From an uncultured Gemmatimonadales bacterium (lineage in GTDB: Bacteria > Gemmatimonadota > Gemmatimonadetes > Gemmatimonadales > GWC2-71-9): a DNA stretch of 64,000 bases. The notes beneath the pieces are model-generated. The model was not told where the DNA came from and did not search any database. It was given only the letters and a program-made list of their open reading frames with translations. The stretch is from NCBI GenBank assembly GCA_963730185.1, contig CAVSQW010000012.1, positions 224,001 to 288,000 on the forward strand. The letters run 5' to 3'. The translations under genes were made by a program, and so were the position numbers. Positions 1 through 9,338 of the stretch are shown here, in pieces; position 1 is the stretch's first letter; each line of letters starts with the position of its first letter.

Positions 1-533
1 ATCCGGGTCACGTTGGCGAGCTTCCCGTCGGCGAAGTCCGCGACGAACACGTGCCAGCGCCCCTCGAACGCGGTCGACACCCAGGCCAGCCGGCGGCCGT
101 CGGGCGAAAACCGGGGCTCCACGTTCACGGCGCCGTCGGCCAGGAGGGCATGGGCGGCGCCGGTGGAGAGGTCGACGACCCAGAGCTCGATCGCGTCGTT
201 CCGGTAGCTGGCATAGACCACCCAGCGTCCGTCCGACGACCAGTCGGGCTGGTAGTCGTAGGCGTCGTCGTCGGTGAGCTGAGCGGCCTCGGTGGTGCCG
301 ACCCGCTGGCGCCAGAGATAGCCCTGCATCGAGTACACCAGATCGGCCCCGTCGGGGCTCCAGGCCGCCGCGCTCGGCCCCGAGGTCAGCTGGGGCAGAT
401 ACATCTCGCGGTAGTAGTAGCTGTGGGGGACGGCGATCTGGGGGAGCACCGGCTCGCGTTGCGCGGCCAGCGCCCCGGCGCCGGCGGCCAGGAGCACGAC
501 GCTCAGGGCCGCCGGATATCGAAACTGCATCAT
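1..533 (-). CDS. PD40/TolB-like beta-propeller secreted protein (likely N-terminus of a CehA/McbA-family PHP metallohydrolase); runs off window edge
   Basis: Not in ORF track. Manual translation from ATG 533: MMQFRYPAALSVVLLAAGAGALAAQREPVLPQIAVPHSYYYREMYLPQLTSGPSAAAWSPDG...QPDWSSDG...EPRFSPDG. Signal peptide plus PD40 repeats; resembles the protein at 40284. Confidence 0.8.
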   Translation of the reverse strand, partial: MMQFRYPAALSVVLLAAGAGALAAQREPVLPQIAVPHSYYYREMYLPQLTSGPSAAAWSPDGADLVYSMQGYLWRQRVGTTEAAQLTDDDAYDYQPDWSSDGRWVVYASYRNDAIELWVVDLSTGAAHALLADGAVNVEPRFSPDGRRLAWVSTAFEGRWHVFVADFADGKLANVTR

Positions 534-550
534 GTGCGATGCCTCGGAGA

Positions 551-1885
551 TCAGTCGGGTCGGAGCTCGGAGAGACACTCCCGGATGATCCGCTCGGCGA
601 TGGCGACGTCTTCCTCGTCGATCACCAGCGGGGGCGCGAGCCGAAGTGAGCTCTTGCCGGCGCCCAGCAGCAGGAGCCCTTTGCCGAAGGCGCGCTGCAC
701 CAGCTCGTGCACCAGGTCGCCGGCCGGCTCCCGGGTGGCGCGGTCCTTCACGAACTCGAGCCCCAGCATCAGGCCGAGGCCGCGGACGTCGCCGATCACC
801 GGGAAGTCGCGGGCCAGCCCCCGGGCCGCCTCCATCAGCACCGGACCCACCCGGGCCGCCTGGGGCAGGTACTCCCGCTCCACCAGGTCGAGGGTGGCCA
901 GCGCGGCGGCGCAGCACACCGGGTTCCCGCCAAAGGTGCTCCCGTGGGAGCCCGAGCCCCAGGTCGAGACCGACTCCTTGGCGATGAAGGCGCCGATCGG
1001 CATGCCGCTGCCCAGCCCCTTGGCGACCGTCAGGATGTCGGGCTCCACCTCGGTGTGCTCGCAGGCGAACATCTTCCCGGTCCGGCCCACGCCGCTTTGG
1101 ACCTCGTCGGCGATGAGCAGGATGCCGTACTTGTCGCACAGAGTCCGCAGGGCCGGGAGATAGTCGGCCGGCGGAACGATGTAGCCGCCCTCTCCCTGGA
1201 CCGGCTCGACCACGATCGCGGCGACCTGCTCGGGATCGACCTGCCGGGCGAAGAGATCGCGCTCGATGACGTCGACGCAGTGGAGCCCGCAGGACGGATA
1301 GGTCTTCCCGTACTCGCAGCGGTAGCAGTTGCCGTAGGCGACGTGGTACACCTCCGGCAGGAGGGGGGCGAAGCGGGCGTGCTGCCGGACCTTGCTCGAG
1401 GTGAGGCTCAGGGCGCCCATCGTCCGGCCGTGGAACGACCCCTTGAAAGCGATGAAGGCCGGCCGGCGGGTGTGATAGCGGGCCAGCTTCATGGCGCCCT
1501 CCACCGCCTCGGTACCCGAGTTGCTCAGGAACACCCGCTTCCGCGACGGGCCGGGCGCCAGCTTGGCCAGCCGCTCGGCCAGGGCCGCCATGCCGGGGTA
1601 GTAGAAGTCGGAGCCGCAGATGTGGAGGAACTTCTCCGAAGCCTCGCGGATGGCGCGGACCACCTCGGGATGGGCGTGCCCGGTGGCGGCGACGCCGATC
1701 CCGGCCATGAAATCGAGGAAGCGGTTGCCGTCGACGTCCTCGATCATCGCGCCCCGGCCCCGTTCCACGACCAGCGGGTACTCCTTGATGTAGCAGGTGG
1801 AGGTCCAGGCCTGGTCCTGCTCGAGGACGGCGCGGGCCCGGGGTCCGGGCGGGGTGCTTTCGATGCGGGGGTAGTCCTTGGCCAT
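551..1885 (-). CDS. Class-III PLP aminotransferase (4-aminobutyrate/acetylornithine aminotransferase-like)
   Basis: SGTEAVE, FHGRT, EPVQGEGG, DEVQSGVGRTG, AKGLGSG, STFGGNP motifs. Confidence 0.92.
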   Translation of the reverse strand: MAKDYPRIESTPPGPRARAVLEQDQAWTSTCYIKEYPLVVERGRGAMIEDVDGNRFLDFMAGIGVAATGHAHPEVVRAIREASEKFLHICGSDFYYPGMAALAERLAKLAPGPSRKRVFLSNSGTEAVEGAMKLARYHTRRPAFIAFKGSFHGRTMGALSLTSSKVRQHARFAPLLPEVYHVAYGNCYRCEYGKTYPSCGLHCVDVIERDLFARQVDPEQVAAIVVEPVQGEGGYIVPPADYLPALRTLCDKYGILLIADEVQSGVGRTGKMFACEHTEVEPDILTVAKGLGSGMPIGAFIAKESVSTWGSGSHGSTFGGNPVCCAAALATLDLVEREYLPQAARVGPVLMEAARGLARDFPVIGDVRGLGLMLGLEFVKDRATREPAGDLVHELVQRAFGKGLLLLGAGKSSLRLAPPLVIDEEDVAIAERIIRECLSELRPD

Positions 1886-1925
1886 GGCACGTCGGGCGGC
1901 CGTCGGCCGTCCGCCTCTTGGGGTC

Positions 1926-3491
1926 TCAGCCTTCGATGTAGGTTCGGCTCTGCTCGCGGGTGAACTGTTGCACGTAGTACGGGCCGCAGCCTCCCTTGCC
2001 GGTCGACCCGCTGCCCTTCCAGCCGCAGAACGGCTGCGAGCCCGGCCAGGCGCCCGTGGTCGCTCCGGTTCGCTTGTTCACGTAGCAGACGCCGGCTTGC
2101 ACTTCGTCGACGAATTGGTCGATCTCACCCTGCTGCCGGCTGAAGATCCCGGCCGTGAGCCCGTACTCGGCCAGGTTGGTCTGGTCGATCGCCTCGGCCA
2201 GCGAGCCGACCTCGCCGACCGCCAGGAATGGCACGAAGAACTCGTCGAAGAAGAGCCGGTTCTCGAGCGGCAGCGCCGCCACGGTCGGCGCCACGTAGTA
2301 GCCGCGGTCGAAGATCCCGCCCCGGAGCCGCTCGCCGCCGATCGCCACGGGTCCGGTCGCGCGGGCCTCCTCCACGACCTGAAGGTACCGGTCCACCGCT
2401 CGCTGGTTGATCACCGGACCCAGGTACACGTCGCGGTGGGTCGGGTCGCCCACGGCGATGCCCCGGGTCCGCTCGACGATTCGCTCCAGCAGCGCCGGCC
2501 GGATCTCGCGGTGGGCGTAGACCCGCGAGGTGGCGCTGCACTTCTGGTTCTGCAGCCCGAACGCCGACTTGACGATGCCCTCCGCGGCGGCGTCGAGGTC
2601 GGCGGTCGGCATCACCACGGTCGCGTTCTTCCCGCCCAGCTCCATCAGGCAGGGCTTGACGTAGCGGGTCGAGAGCCCCTTGAAGATCTTCATCCCGACG
2701 GCCTTCGAGCCGGTGAACACCACCCCGTCCACCAGGTGGTGCTGCCAGAGCGGGTCGCCGATGTCCTCCCGATGCCCGGTGAGCACGTTGAACACCCCGG
2801 CCGGGACCCCAGCGTCCCGGTACACCTCGTAGAGACGGAGCCCGGTCCAGGGAGCGTCTTCGGCCGGCTTGTAGACCACCGCGTTGCCGGTCACCAGGGC
2901 CGCCGACGACATCCCTGCGGAGAGGGCCAGCGGAAAGTTGAAAGGCGAGATGCAGGCGAAGACCCCGTAGGGACGGAGAACGTCGACGTTCCGCTCCGTC
3001 GCCGTCAGGTTCTTCATTGGCCGGACGAAGCCGTCGGCCGCCTCGACCTGATCGCAGTAGTAGTCGATCAGGTCGGCGGCCTCCTCGGCGTCACCCATCG
3101 ACTCGAGCCGGTTCTTGCCGACCTCGAGCGCCATGACCGCCGCCAGCACGAACTTCCGCTCCCGAATCAGGCCGGCCGCGTGACGGAGCACCTCCACCCG
3201 GGTCCGCCAGGGAAGCCGGGCCCACGAGCGCTGGGCCTGCCTGGCCGTCTCGACCGCCCGGTCTACGTGCTCGGCCGTGGCGGCCGAGAACCGTCCCAGC
3301 TCCCACGAGGTGTCGATCGGCGAGGTGTCGACGATCGCGTTCCGGGGCGCCTCGACGGCGCGCCCGCCGAGATAGAAGGGATGGAGCCGGCCCATCTCCG
3401 AGCGGACCAGGTCGAGCGCCCGGTCGAATTCGGCGTGGAACGCCTCCAGATCGACGTTGGTGGTGGTATAGGTGATCTTGCCAACCGTCAT
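1926..3491 (-). CDS. Aldehyde dehydrogenase, 1-pyrroline-5-carboxylate dehydrogenase-like
   Basis: ISPFNFP, FTGS, ELGGKN, QKCSATSR, EFFVP motifs; ATG 3491 overlaps the upstream stop (ATGA). Confidence 0.9.
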   Translation of the reverse strand: MTVGKITYTTTNVDLEAFHAEFDRALDLVRSEMGRLHPFYLGGRAVEAPRNAIVDTSPIDTSWELGRFSAATAEHVDRAVETARQAQRSWARLPWRTRVEVLRHAAGLIRERKFVLAAVMALEVGKNRLESMGDAEEAADLIDYYCDQVEAADGFVRPMKNLTATERNVDVLRPYGVFACISPFNFPLALSAGMSSAALVTGNAVVYKPAEDAPWTGLRLYEVYRDAGVPAGVFNVLTGHREDIGDPLWQHHLVDGVVFTGSKAVGMKIFKGLSTRYVKPCLMELGGKNATVVMPTADLDAAAEGIVKSAFGLQNQKCSATSRVYAHREIRPALLERIVERTRGIAVGDPTHRDVYLGPVINQRAVDRYLQVVEEARATGPVAIGGERLRGGIFDRGYYVAPTVAALPLENRLFFDEFFVPFLAVGEVGSLAEAIDQTNLAEYGLTAGIFSRQQGEIDQFVDEVQAGVCYVNKRTGATTGAWPGSQPFCGWKGSGSTGKGGCGPYYVQQFTREQSRTYIEG

Positions 3492-4831
3492 CGCCACGAC
3501 TCCCTGCTCTCCAGAATCGACCGACGGAGCAGCGACACCAGCTCGTCGATCTCACCCTCGGTGATGATGAAAGGCGGCGCCAGGCAGACCAGGTCTCCGT
3601 CGACGCCGTTGGCCTGCCCCGTGTTGGGCCAGACCACCAGGCCGTTGCGCTGGGCCCGGTCGGTGAGCGTCTCGGCCACCTTGGCGGCTCGCGGGAACGG
3701 CGCCTTGCTGGCGCGGTCCGCAACCAGCTCCACCCCCGCCAGGAGGCCCCGGCCCCGGACGTCGCCCACCTCCGGCAGGTCCTCGAGCTCCGCCAACCGG
3801 GCCTGGAGCACGAGGCCCATTTCGCGGCATCGCTCGACCAGCCCGTGCCGTCGAATGTACCGCACCGCGGCCAGCCCCGCGGCGCACGCCATCGGCGTGT
3901 GCGAGAAGGTCTGGGCGTGCAGCAGCGCCCCGCTCCCGGCGGCGATCGGATCGAGGATCCGACGACTGGTGGCCACGGCGGCGAGGGGGGCGTAGCCGCC
4001 GCTCAACCCCTTGCCCATCACCAGGATGTCGGGCTGCGCCTGGTACTGCTCGATGGCGGTCCACGATCCGGTCCGGCCGGCGCCCACCAGCACCTCGTCG
4101 GCGATCCAGAGGATGTCGTGCCGGCTCAGGATCTCGCGAATCGTCTTCCAGTATTCGGCCCGGGGCACCGAGGCGCCGGTCGAGGAGCCGCCGACCGGTT
4201 CGGCGATGAACGCCGCGATCGTGTCGGCCCCTTCGCGGGCGATCACGGTCTCCAACATCCGCCCGGTGCACCGGGGACAGTCCGGGGCCGACCCGCCGCA
4301 CTCGCAGCGATAGCGGTACGGCGCCGGCATCTGGACCACCGGGATCAGCCACTCTCGGAAGTAGGTCTTGTACTGCTCCCGGGCCGAGACCGAGAGCGCC
4401 AGCATGGTGTTGCCGTGGTAGGCCGGAGCGAGGGCGACGATCCGGTGCTTGCCCGGGCGACCGACCTCGACCCAGTACTGGCGAGCCAGCTTGAGGGCCG
4501 CTTCGTTGGCGTCGGATCCGCTGGTCAGGAAGTAGAACCGGTCCAAGTCGCCAGGACAGAGCTCGGCCAGCTCGTCGGACAGGGATTCGACCGCGTCGTT
4601 GGTGAAGGCGGCGCCGCTCACGTACGCGACCTGGGAGATCTGGCGGGCGACCTCGTCGACCACCTCGCGGACCCCGTGGCCGAGGTTCGCGACATAGGCC
4701 CCGCCGGAGCCGTCGAGGTAGCGGTTGCCCTCGTCGTCGAACAGGTAGCACCCCTCGCCACGGACGATCTTGGGGAAGCTCCGGTTGAGCTTCCGGTAGA
4801 ACACGTGAGTCGCGGGGTAGCGGTGGGTCAT
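3488..4831 (-). CDS. Class-III aminotransferase (omega-amino acid/BioA-like subgroup)
   Basis: SGSDANEAALKLARQY, YHGNT, EPVGG, DEVLVGAGRTG, KGLSGGY. Confidence 0.92.
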   Translation of the reverse strand: MTHRYPATHVFYRKLNRSFPKIVRGEGCYLFDDEGNRYLDGSGGAYVANLGHGVREVVDEVARQISQVAYVSGAAFTNDAVESLSDELAELCPGDLDRFYFLTSGSDANEAALKLARQYWVEVGRPGKHRIVALAPAYHGNTMLALSVSAREQYKTYFREWLIPVVQMPAPYRYRCECGGSAPDCPRCTGRMLETVIAREGADTIAAFIAEPVGGSSTGASVPRAEYWKTIREILSRHDILWIADEVLVGAGRTGSWTAIEQYQAQPDILVMGKGLSGGYAPLAAVATSRRILDPIAAGSGALLHAQTFSHTPMACAAGLAAVRYIRRHGLVERCREMGLVLQARLAELEDLPEVGDVRGRGLLAGVELVADRASKAPFPRAAKVAETLTDRAQRNGLVVWPNTGQANGVDGDLVCLAPPFIITEGEIDELVSLLRRSILESRESWR

Positions 4832-4908
4832 GGAGACGCTCTAGCTTAATCCGGTCCCCCCATCGCCCGACAGCCTCAGCGCACCACCGTTCCCAGGGAG
4901 TCGCCCGG

Positions 4909-6654
4909 ATGCGCGGCAGAGCCCTCCTATTCACGTGGAGCCTGGTCGGAATTGTCCCGGCCGCCGCCCAAACGGTCGATACCACGGTGTCGGTTCCGCT
5001 CCGCGACGGCGTCCGGCTCGGCGCCACGCTCCTGCTCCCGGCGGCCGGCGGGCGGTTCCCGACCCTGGTGTACCGGACCCCGTACGGCCAGGAGACCGCG
5101 GTCCGGACCTACTCCACCTTCCGGGCCGCCGTGGCCCACGGCTACGCCGTGCTGGCGGTCGACGTGCGGGGGCGCTACACCAGCGAGGGTGAGTTCGACC
5201 CCTATAGGCAGGAGGGGCGGGACGGGTACGACACCATCGAGTGGGCCGCCGGGCAGGCCTGGTCGGATGGAGCGGTGGGAACGTTCGGCCTGTCCTACCC
5301 CGGCGCCGTCCAATGGCTCGCCGCGGTGGAGCACCCGCCCCATCTCCGGGCCATGGTGCCGGCGATGACCTTTTCGCGGCCCACCAACTTCTGGTACGCC
5401 GGCGGCCTGACCGATCTGTCGTGGCCGGCCTGGATCTGGCTCAACATCGCGCCCGACGTGAGGGCTCGTAAGAACCTGCCGGGCCCCCGAACCCGGGCGG
5501 AGGCCCGGACCACCTGGGGCCAGCTGGGTCGGGAGCTCACGGACCGGCTCCCCGTCACCGACGCCCCCGAGCTCCGCGACGTGGCGCCCTGGTACTTCGA
5601 GTGGCTCTCCCACCCGCCGACCGATCCCTGGTGGCGCTGGGCGGACCTGACCTCGAGGTACGATCGGGTCGGCGCCGCGGTCCTCAATCTGAGCGGCTGG
5701 CACGACGACAACTACGGCCCCGAAGGCGCGGTCACCAACCATCTGGGACTGATGAGCGCCCGGCGCGGCGCGGACGATCCGAGATCGTTTCTGATCGTCG
5801 GCCCCTGGGTCCACGGCACCGCCGGGATGAACGACCGGACCTCCCAGGCCCACGCGGGCGAACGGGTCTTCGGTGCCGAGGCGGGGATCGACTACGACGC
5901 CGAGATCCTCCGGTTCATGGACCGGTACGTGCGCGGCCTGGGTAACGGGGTGGAGCGGGGACCGCGGATCCGGGTGTTCGTCATGGGCGAAAACGTCTGG
6001 CGCACCGCCGACCGCTGGCCCCTGCCCGGCACCGAGCGGGTCTCGTTCTATCTTTCCCGGACCACGCCGGCCGGCCCGGGTGCGCTGACCACCCGGGCGC
6101 CGAGCGCGGCGGGACGGGCCGTGCTCCGCTCGGACCCGGCCCATCCGGTGGTCGACCCGTACGACGCGGCCGGCGGCCACGACTACCGGTCGCTCACCGC
6201 GCGGGACGACGTCCTGGTCTTCGAGACCGAGCCCCTGACCCGAGACCTCCGGGTCGTCGGCAACATCGAGGCGTCGCTCGCCGTGTCGGTCGACGCGCCC
6301 GATGCGGACGTCTGGGTCAAGCTGCTCGACGTCGCGCCCAACGGCACCGCCTGGAACCTGATGAGTCCCGGCCTCGACGCCCTGCGGCTGAGCTACCGCG
6401 ACGGCCGGACTCATTCGCTCCTCGAACCGGGTCGGATCTACCAGGTGTCGCTCCCGAACCTGCTCACCGGCAACCGGTTCGCCGCGGGGCACCGAATCCG
6501 GGTCGTGATCATGCCGTCGTTCATGCCCTGGTTCGGCCGGAATCTCCAGACCGGCCTCTCCGAGACCGAGTCGGCCGAGACGCGGCCGGCCCGGATCAGC
6601 CTTCACTGGGGGCCCGACCACCCGTCGCGGATCGTGCTCCCCATCGTCCCCTGA
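4909..6654 (+). CDS. CocE/NonD family hydrolase (S15), secreted
   Basis: RTPY, DVRGRYTSEG, G-L-S-Y-P-G nucleophile, GWHD, GPWVH; signal peptide. Confidence 0.92.
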   Translation: MRGRALLFTWSLVGIVPAAAQTVDTTVSVPLRDGVRLGATLLLPAAGGRFPTLVYRTPYGQETAVRTYSTFRAAVAHGYAVLAVDVRGRYTSEGEFDPYRQEGRDGYDTIEWAAGQAWSDGAVGTFGLSYPGAVQWLAAVEHPPHLRAMVPAMTFSRPTNFWYAGGLTDLSWPAWIWLNIAPDVRARKNLPGPRTRAEARTTWGQLGRELTDRLPVTDAPELRDVAPWYFEWLSHPPTDPWWRWADLTSRYDRVGAAVLNLSGWHDDNYGPEGAVTNHLGLMSARRGADDPRSFLIVGPWVHGTAGMNDRTSQAHAGERVFGAEAGIDYDAEILRFMDRYVRGLGNGVERGPRIRVFVMGENVWRTADRWPLPGTERVSFYLSRTTPAGPGALTTRAPSAAGRAVLRSDPAHPVVDPYDAAGGHDYRSLTARDDVLVFETEPLTRDLRVVGNIEASLAVSVDAPDADVWVKLLDVAPNGTAWNLMSPGLDALRLSYRDGRTHSLLEPGRIYQVSLPNLLTGNRFAAGHRIRVVIMPSFMPWFGRNLQTGLSETESAETRPARISLHWGPDHPSRIVLPIVP

Positions 6655-6667
6655 GATCGAGTCCACC

Positions 6668-8392
6668 ATGCGACGTCCCGCATTCGTCTCCCTCCTGCCC
6701 GTCCTGGCCGGCGCCTCCGCTCTGACCCTCTCGTCGGCCTGCCGTCCCCGACAGCCGGCCGACTGGGTGCTCCGGAACGCAGCCGTCTACACCATGGCCG
6801 ACCCCGCGGCCGACACCACGCCGGTCCAGGCGATCGCGATCCGGGCAGGCAAGATCGTGTTCGTCGGGGCCGATTCCGGCGCCGACCGCTTCATCGGCGA
6901 CAGCACCAACGTTCTCGATCTGGGCGGACGGATGGTGCTCCCTGGATTCCACGACACCCACGTCCATCCGTCGTCGGGCGGGCTCACGATGGCGGAGTGC
7001 AACATCGAGGGGCTCTCGACCCGGGCCGCGATCCTGGATTCGGTCCGGTCGTGCGCGGCCCAGGACCCGAACGGCACCTGGGTCCGCGGTCGCGGGTGGG
7101 AGCTCCCCCTCTTCCCTCAGGCGAACCCCCGGAAGGAATGGCTCGATCAGGTGGTGCCCGACCGGCCGGTCTACCTCGCCGCCGCCGACGGCCATTCGGC
7201 GTGGGTCAACTCGAAGGCGCTGGCGCTGGCCGGGATCACCAAGAGCACCCCGAACCCGCCCAACGGCCGGATCGAGCACGACCCGGCCACCGGTGAACCG
7301 TCCGGGACCCTCCGGGAGAGCGCCACGGCCCTGGTGTCGACCCACCTGCCGCCCTATACCCTGGCGCAACGGAAGGAAGGGATCACCCGAGCGCTCGCCC
7401 TGGCCAACCGGCTGGGGATCACCACCGTGCACGACGCCCGGACCCGGCCCGCGACCCTCGAGGCCTACGCCGAGCTGGACCGGGAGGGGGCGCTGACGGC
7501 GCGGGTGGTGGCGGCCATGTACGTCGATCCCGACCTGGGGATGGATCAGGTGGACTCGCTGGTGGCCTGGCGGGAACGCTACCACGGGACCACCTACTTC
7601 CGGCCCAATACCGCCAAGCTCTTCGCCGACGGGGTGATCGAGGCCCACACCGCGGCGCTCCTGGAACCCTACACCGGCACCACCGATCCCGGCACGCCGA
7701 ACTTCCGGACCGGCCAGATGGACTCCCTGGTTACCGCGCTGGACCAGTCCGGGATCCAGATCCACATCCACGCGATCGGCGACAAGGCCATCCGGATGTC
7801 GCTCGACGCGATCCAGGGCGCCGAGGCGGCCAACGGGGCCCGGGCCTCGCGCCGCCCGATCATCGCCCACCTGGAGCTGATCGATCCCGCCGACATTCCC
7901 CGCTTCAAAGCGCTCGGCGTCGTCGCCTGCTTCCAGCCGCTCTGGGCCTTCGCCGACTCCTACATCACCGACCTGACCGAGCCGGTGCTCGGGCCGGCGA
8001 GGTCGCGGTGGCTCTACCCGATCGGCTCGGTCGAGAAGAGCGGCGCCGTGGTCTCGGCCGGGAGCGATTGGACGGTGTCGTCCATGAATCCGTTGGAGGC
8101 AATCCAGGTTGCGCTCACCCGCCGCGCCCCGGAAGACACGACGGCCGGCCCCGCCTGGATCCCCGAAGAGGTGGTGGGCCTGCCGGCGATGCTCGAGGCC
8201 TACACCAGGAACGGAGCCTGGGCGGCCGGCGACGAAACGACCAACGGCACCCTGGAGGTCGGCAAGGACGCTGACCTGGTGGTGCTGGACGAGAACCTGT
8301 ACCGGATTCCGGTCCCGAGGATCCACCAGGCGAAGGTCCTGCTCACCATCATGGACGGGAAGGAGGTCTACCGGGACCGAGTGCTCCGCTGA
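6668..8392 (+). CDS. Amidohydrolase_3 (YtcJ-like) metal-dependent hydrolase, possibly a lipoprotein
   Basis: PGFHDTHVH, DGHSAWVNS, KLFADG, HAIGD, GSDW, GKDADLVVLD. Confidence 0.92.
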   Translation: MRRPAFVSLLPVLAGASALTLSSACRPRQPADWVLRNAAVYTMADPAADTTPVQAIAIRAGKIVFVGADSGADRFIGDSTNVLDLGGRMVLPGFHDTHVHPSSGGLTMAECNIEGLSTRAAILDSVRSCAAQDPNGTWVRGRGWELPLFPQANPRKEWLDQVVPDRPVYLAAADGHSAWVNSKALALAGITKSTPNPPNGRIEHDPATGEPSGTLRESATALVSTHLPPYTLAQRKEGITRALALANRLGITTVHDARTRPATLEAYAELDREGALTARVVAAMYVDPDLGMDQVDSLVAWRERYHGTTYFRPNTAKLFADGVIEAHTAALLEPYTGTTDPGTPNFRTGQMDSLVTALDQSGIQIHIHAIGDKAIRMSLDAIQGAEAANGARASRRPIIAHLELIDPADIPRFKALGVVACFQPLWAFADSYITDLTEPVLGPARSRWLYPIGSVEKSGAVVSAGSDWTVSSMNPLEAIQVALTRRAPEDTTAGPAWIPEEVVGLPAMLEAYTRNGAWAAGDETTNGTLEVGKDADLVVLDENLYRIPVPRIHQAKVLLTIMDGKEVYRDRVLR

Positions 8393-8430
8393 CCCGGATC
8401 GCTTGTCCGGAACCAACCCTCGCCCTCTCG
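8388..8430 (+). repeat. Direct repeat copy 1 (43 bp; copy 2 at 9252-9294)
   Basis: GCTGACCCGGATCGCTTG identical (18 bp), then 18/25 identity. Confidence 0.8.
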
Positions 8431-8525
8431 AGCCCGGCGGAACGATGTAGGCCGGCACGGCCATTCGATGGACGGACGCCCGCTGACGGTCAACGAGGCA
8501 ATTTCCCCGGGGGTCTCTGCACTAG

Positions 8526-8578
8526 ATGACAAGCGAGCTTGACATTGCTCAGGCTGCCATGTAAAGTCAGCTTGTCAT
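8526..8578 (+). promoter_or_regulatory. Sigma70 promoter (TTGACA-N17-TAAAGT) overlapped by two palindromic XRE-type operators
   Basis: -35 at 8539-8544, -10 at 8562-8567; ATGACAAGCGAGCTTGACAT (8526-8545) and ATGTAAAGTCAGCTTGTCAT (8559-8578). Confidence 0.75.
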
Positions 8579-8786
8579 GGTCAAGGTCCGCAATCAGATC
8601 CGGAAACTGCGCCTCGATCGAGGCTGGACGCAGCAGGAGCTGGCCAACGCGGTTGGCGTCTCGCGCCAGAGCATCAACTCGATCGAGTGCGACCGCTACG
8701 TCCCGAGCCTGGAGTTGGCGTTGACCTTCGCAAGAGTCTTCGCCCACTCCACCGATGCGATCTTCACGCTGGAGGAAAAACGATGA
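8577..8786 (+). CDS. XRE/Cro-CI HTH transcriptional regulator
   Basis: NQIRKLR..GWTQQELANAVGVSRQSINSIE..RYVPSLELA. Confidence 0.92.
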   Translation: MVKVRNQIRKLRLDRGWTQQELANAVGVSRQSINSIECDRYVPSLELALTFARVFAHSTDAIFTLEEKR

Positions 8787-8998
8787 GCGATGTGCGCGGC
8801 CGGGTGGACGAACGCTTTCTCGCCCATCGGCTCAGGTCCACGAGTATCGCCGGTACCGCGGGCGGAGTTCTCGCCATCGCGTTGTTCATATACCACAACA
8901 CGTTCGATCACGTCTGGAACTGGGAGCTGCTCTCGATCGGCGCCACGATGGCGGTGATCAAGGTCTCACTCATGACGTGGTATCGCTTCACCCACTGA
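8783..8998 (+). CDS. Small two-TM membrane protein
   Basis: ATG 8783 overlaps the XRE stop; MSDVRGRVDERFLAHRLRSTS followed by two hydrophobic segments. Confidence 0.7.
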   Translation: MSDVRGRVDERFLAHRLRSTSIAGTAGGVLAIALFIYHNTFDHVWNWELLSIGATMAVIKVSLMTWYRFTH

Positions 8999-9017
8999 CT
9001 CCGACCGGAGGATCTTC

Positions 9018-9230
9018 ATGCTGTTCCGCCATGCCTCGCAGCACCCAGACGCGCTGTTTCTTGCCGGGACGTCGTTTTTGGCCCTCGGGCTCGTCTCGCT
9101 CAACCTCCTCGGCAGGTGGACCCACTTGTCGCCGGACCTCACCGACGGCATGGGCGGGCTCTTCCTGGGAATCGCGATCAGTCTGCTGCTGCTGAGCCTG
9201 CGTATGCGCCGACGCCGGCAGGCTTCGTAG
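9018..9230 (+). CDS. Small two-TM membrane protein
   Basis: GGAGG RBS; two hydrophobic helices, basic tail. Confidence 0.7.
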   Translation: MLFRHASQHPDALFLAGTSFLALGLVSLNLLGRWTHLSPDLTDGMGGLFLGIAISLLLLSLRMRRRRQAS

Positions 9231-9251
9231 TGCAAAGATCGAATACGTCCT

Positions 9252-9295
9252 GCTGACCCGGATCGCTTGCCCCGAGCCGACACCCGCCCTATCGT
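9252..9295 (+). repeat. Direct repeat copy 2, containing a putative promoter TTGCCC-N17-TATCGT
   Basis: Matches 8388-8430; -35 at 9267-9272, -10 at 9290-9295. Confidence 0.75.
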
Positions 9296-9338
9296 ACCAA
9301 GGTCGGAGTCGCGCCTCTTTCGCTGGGGAGGTTCGGTC

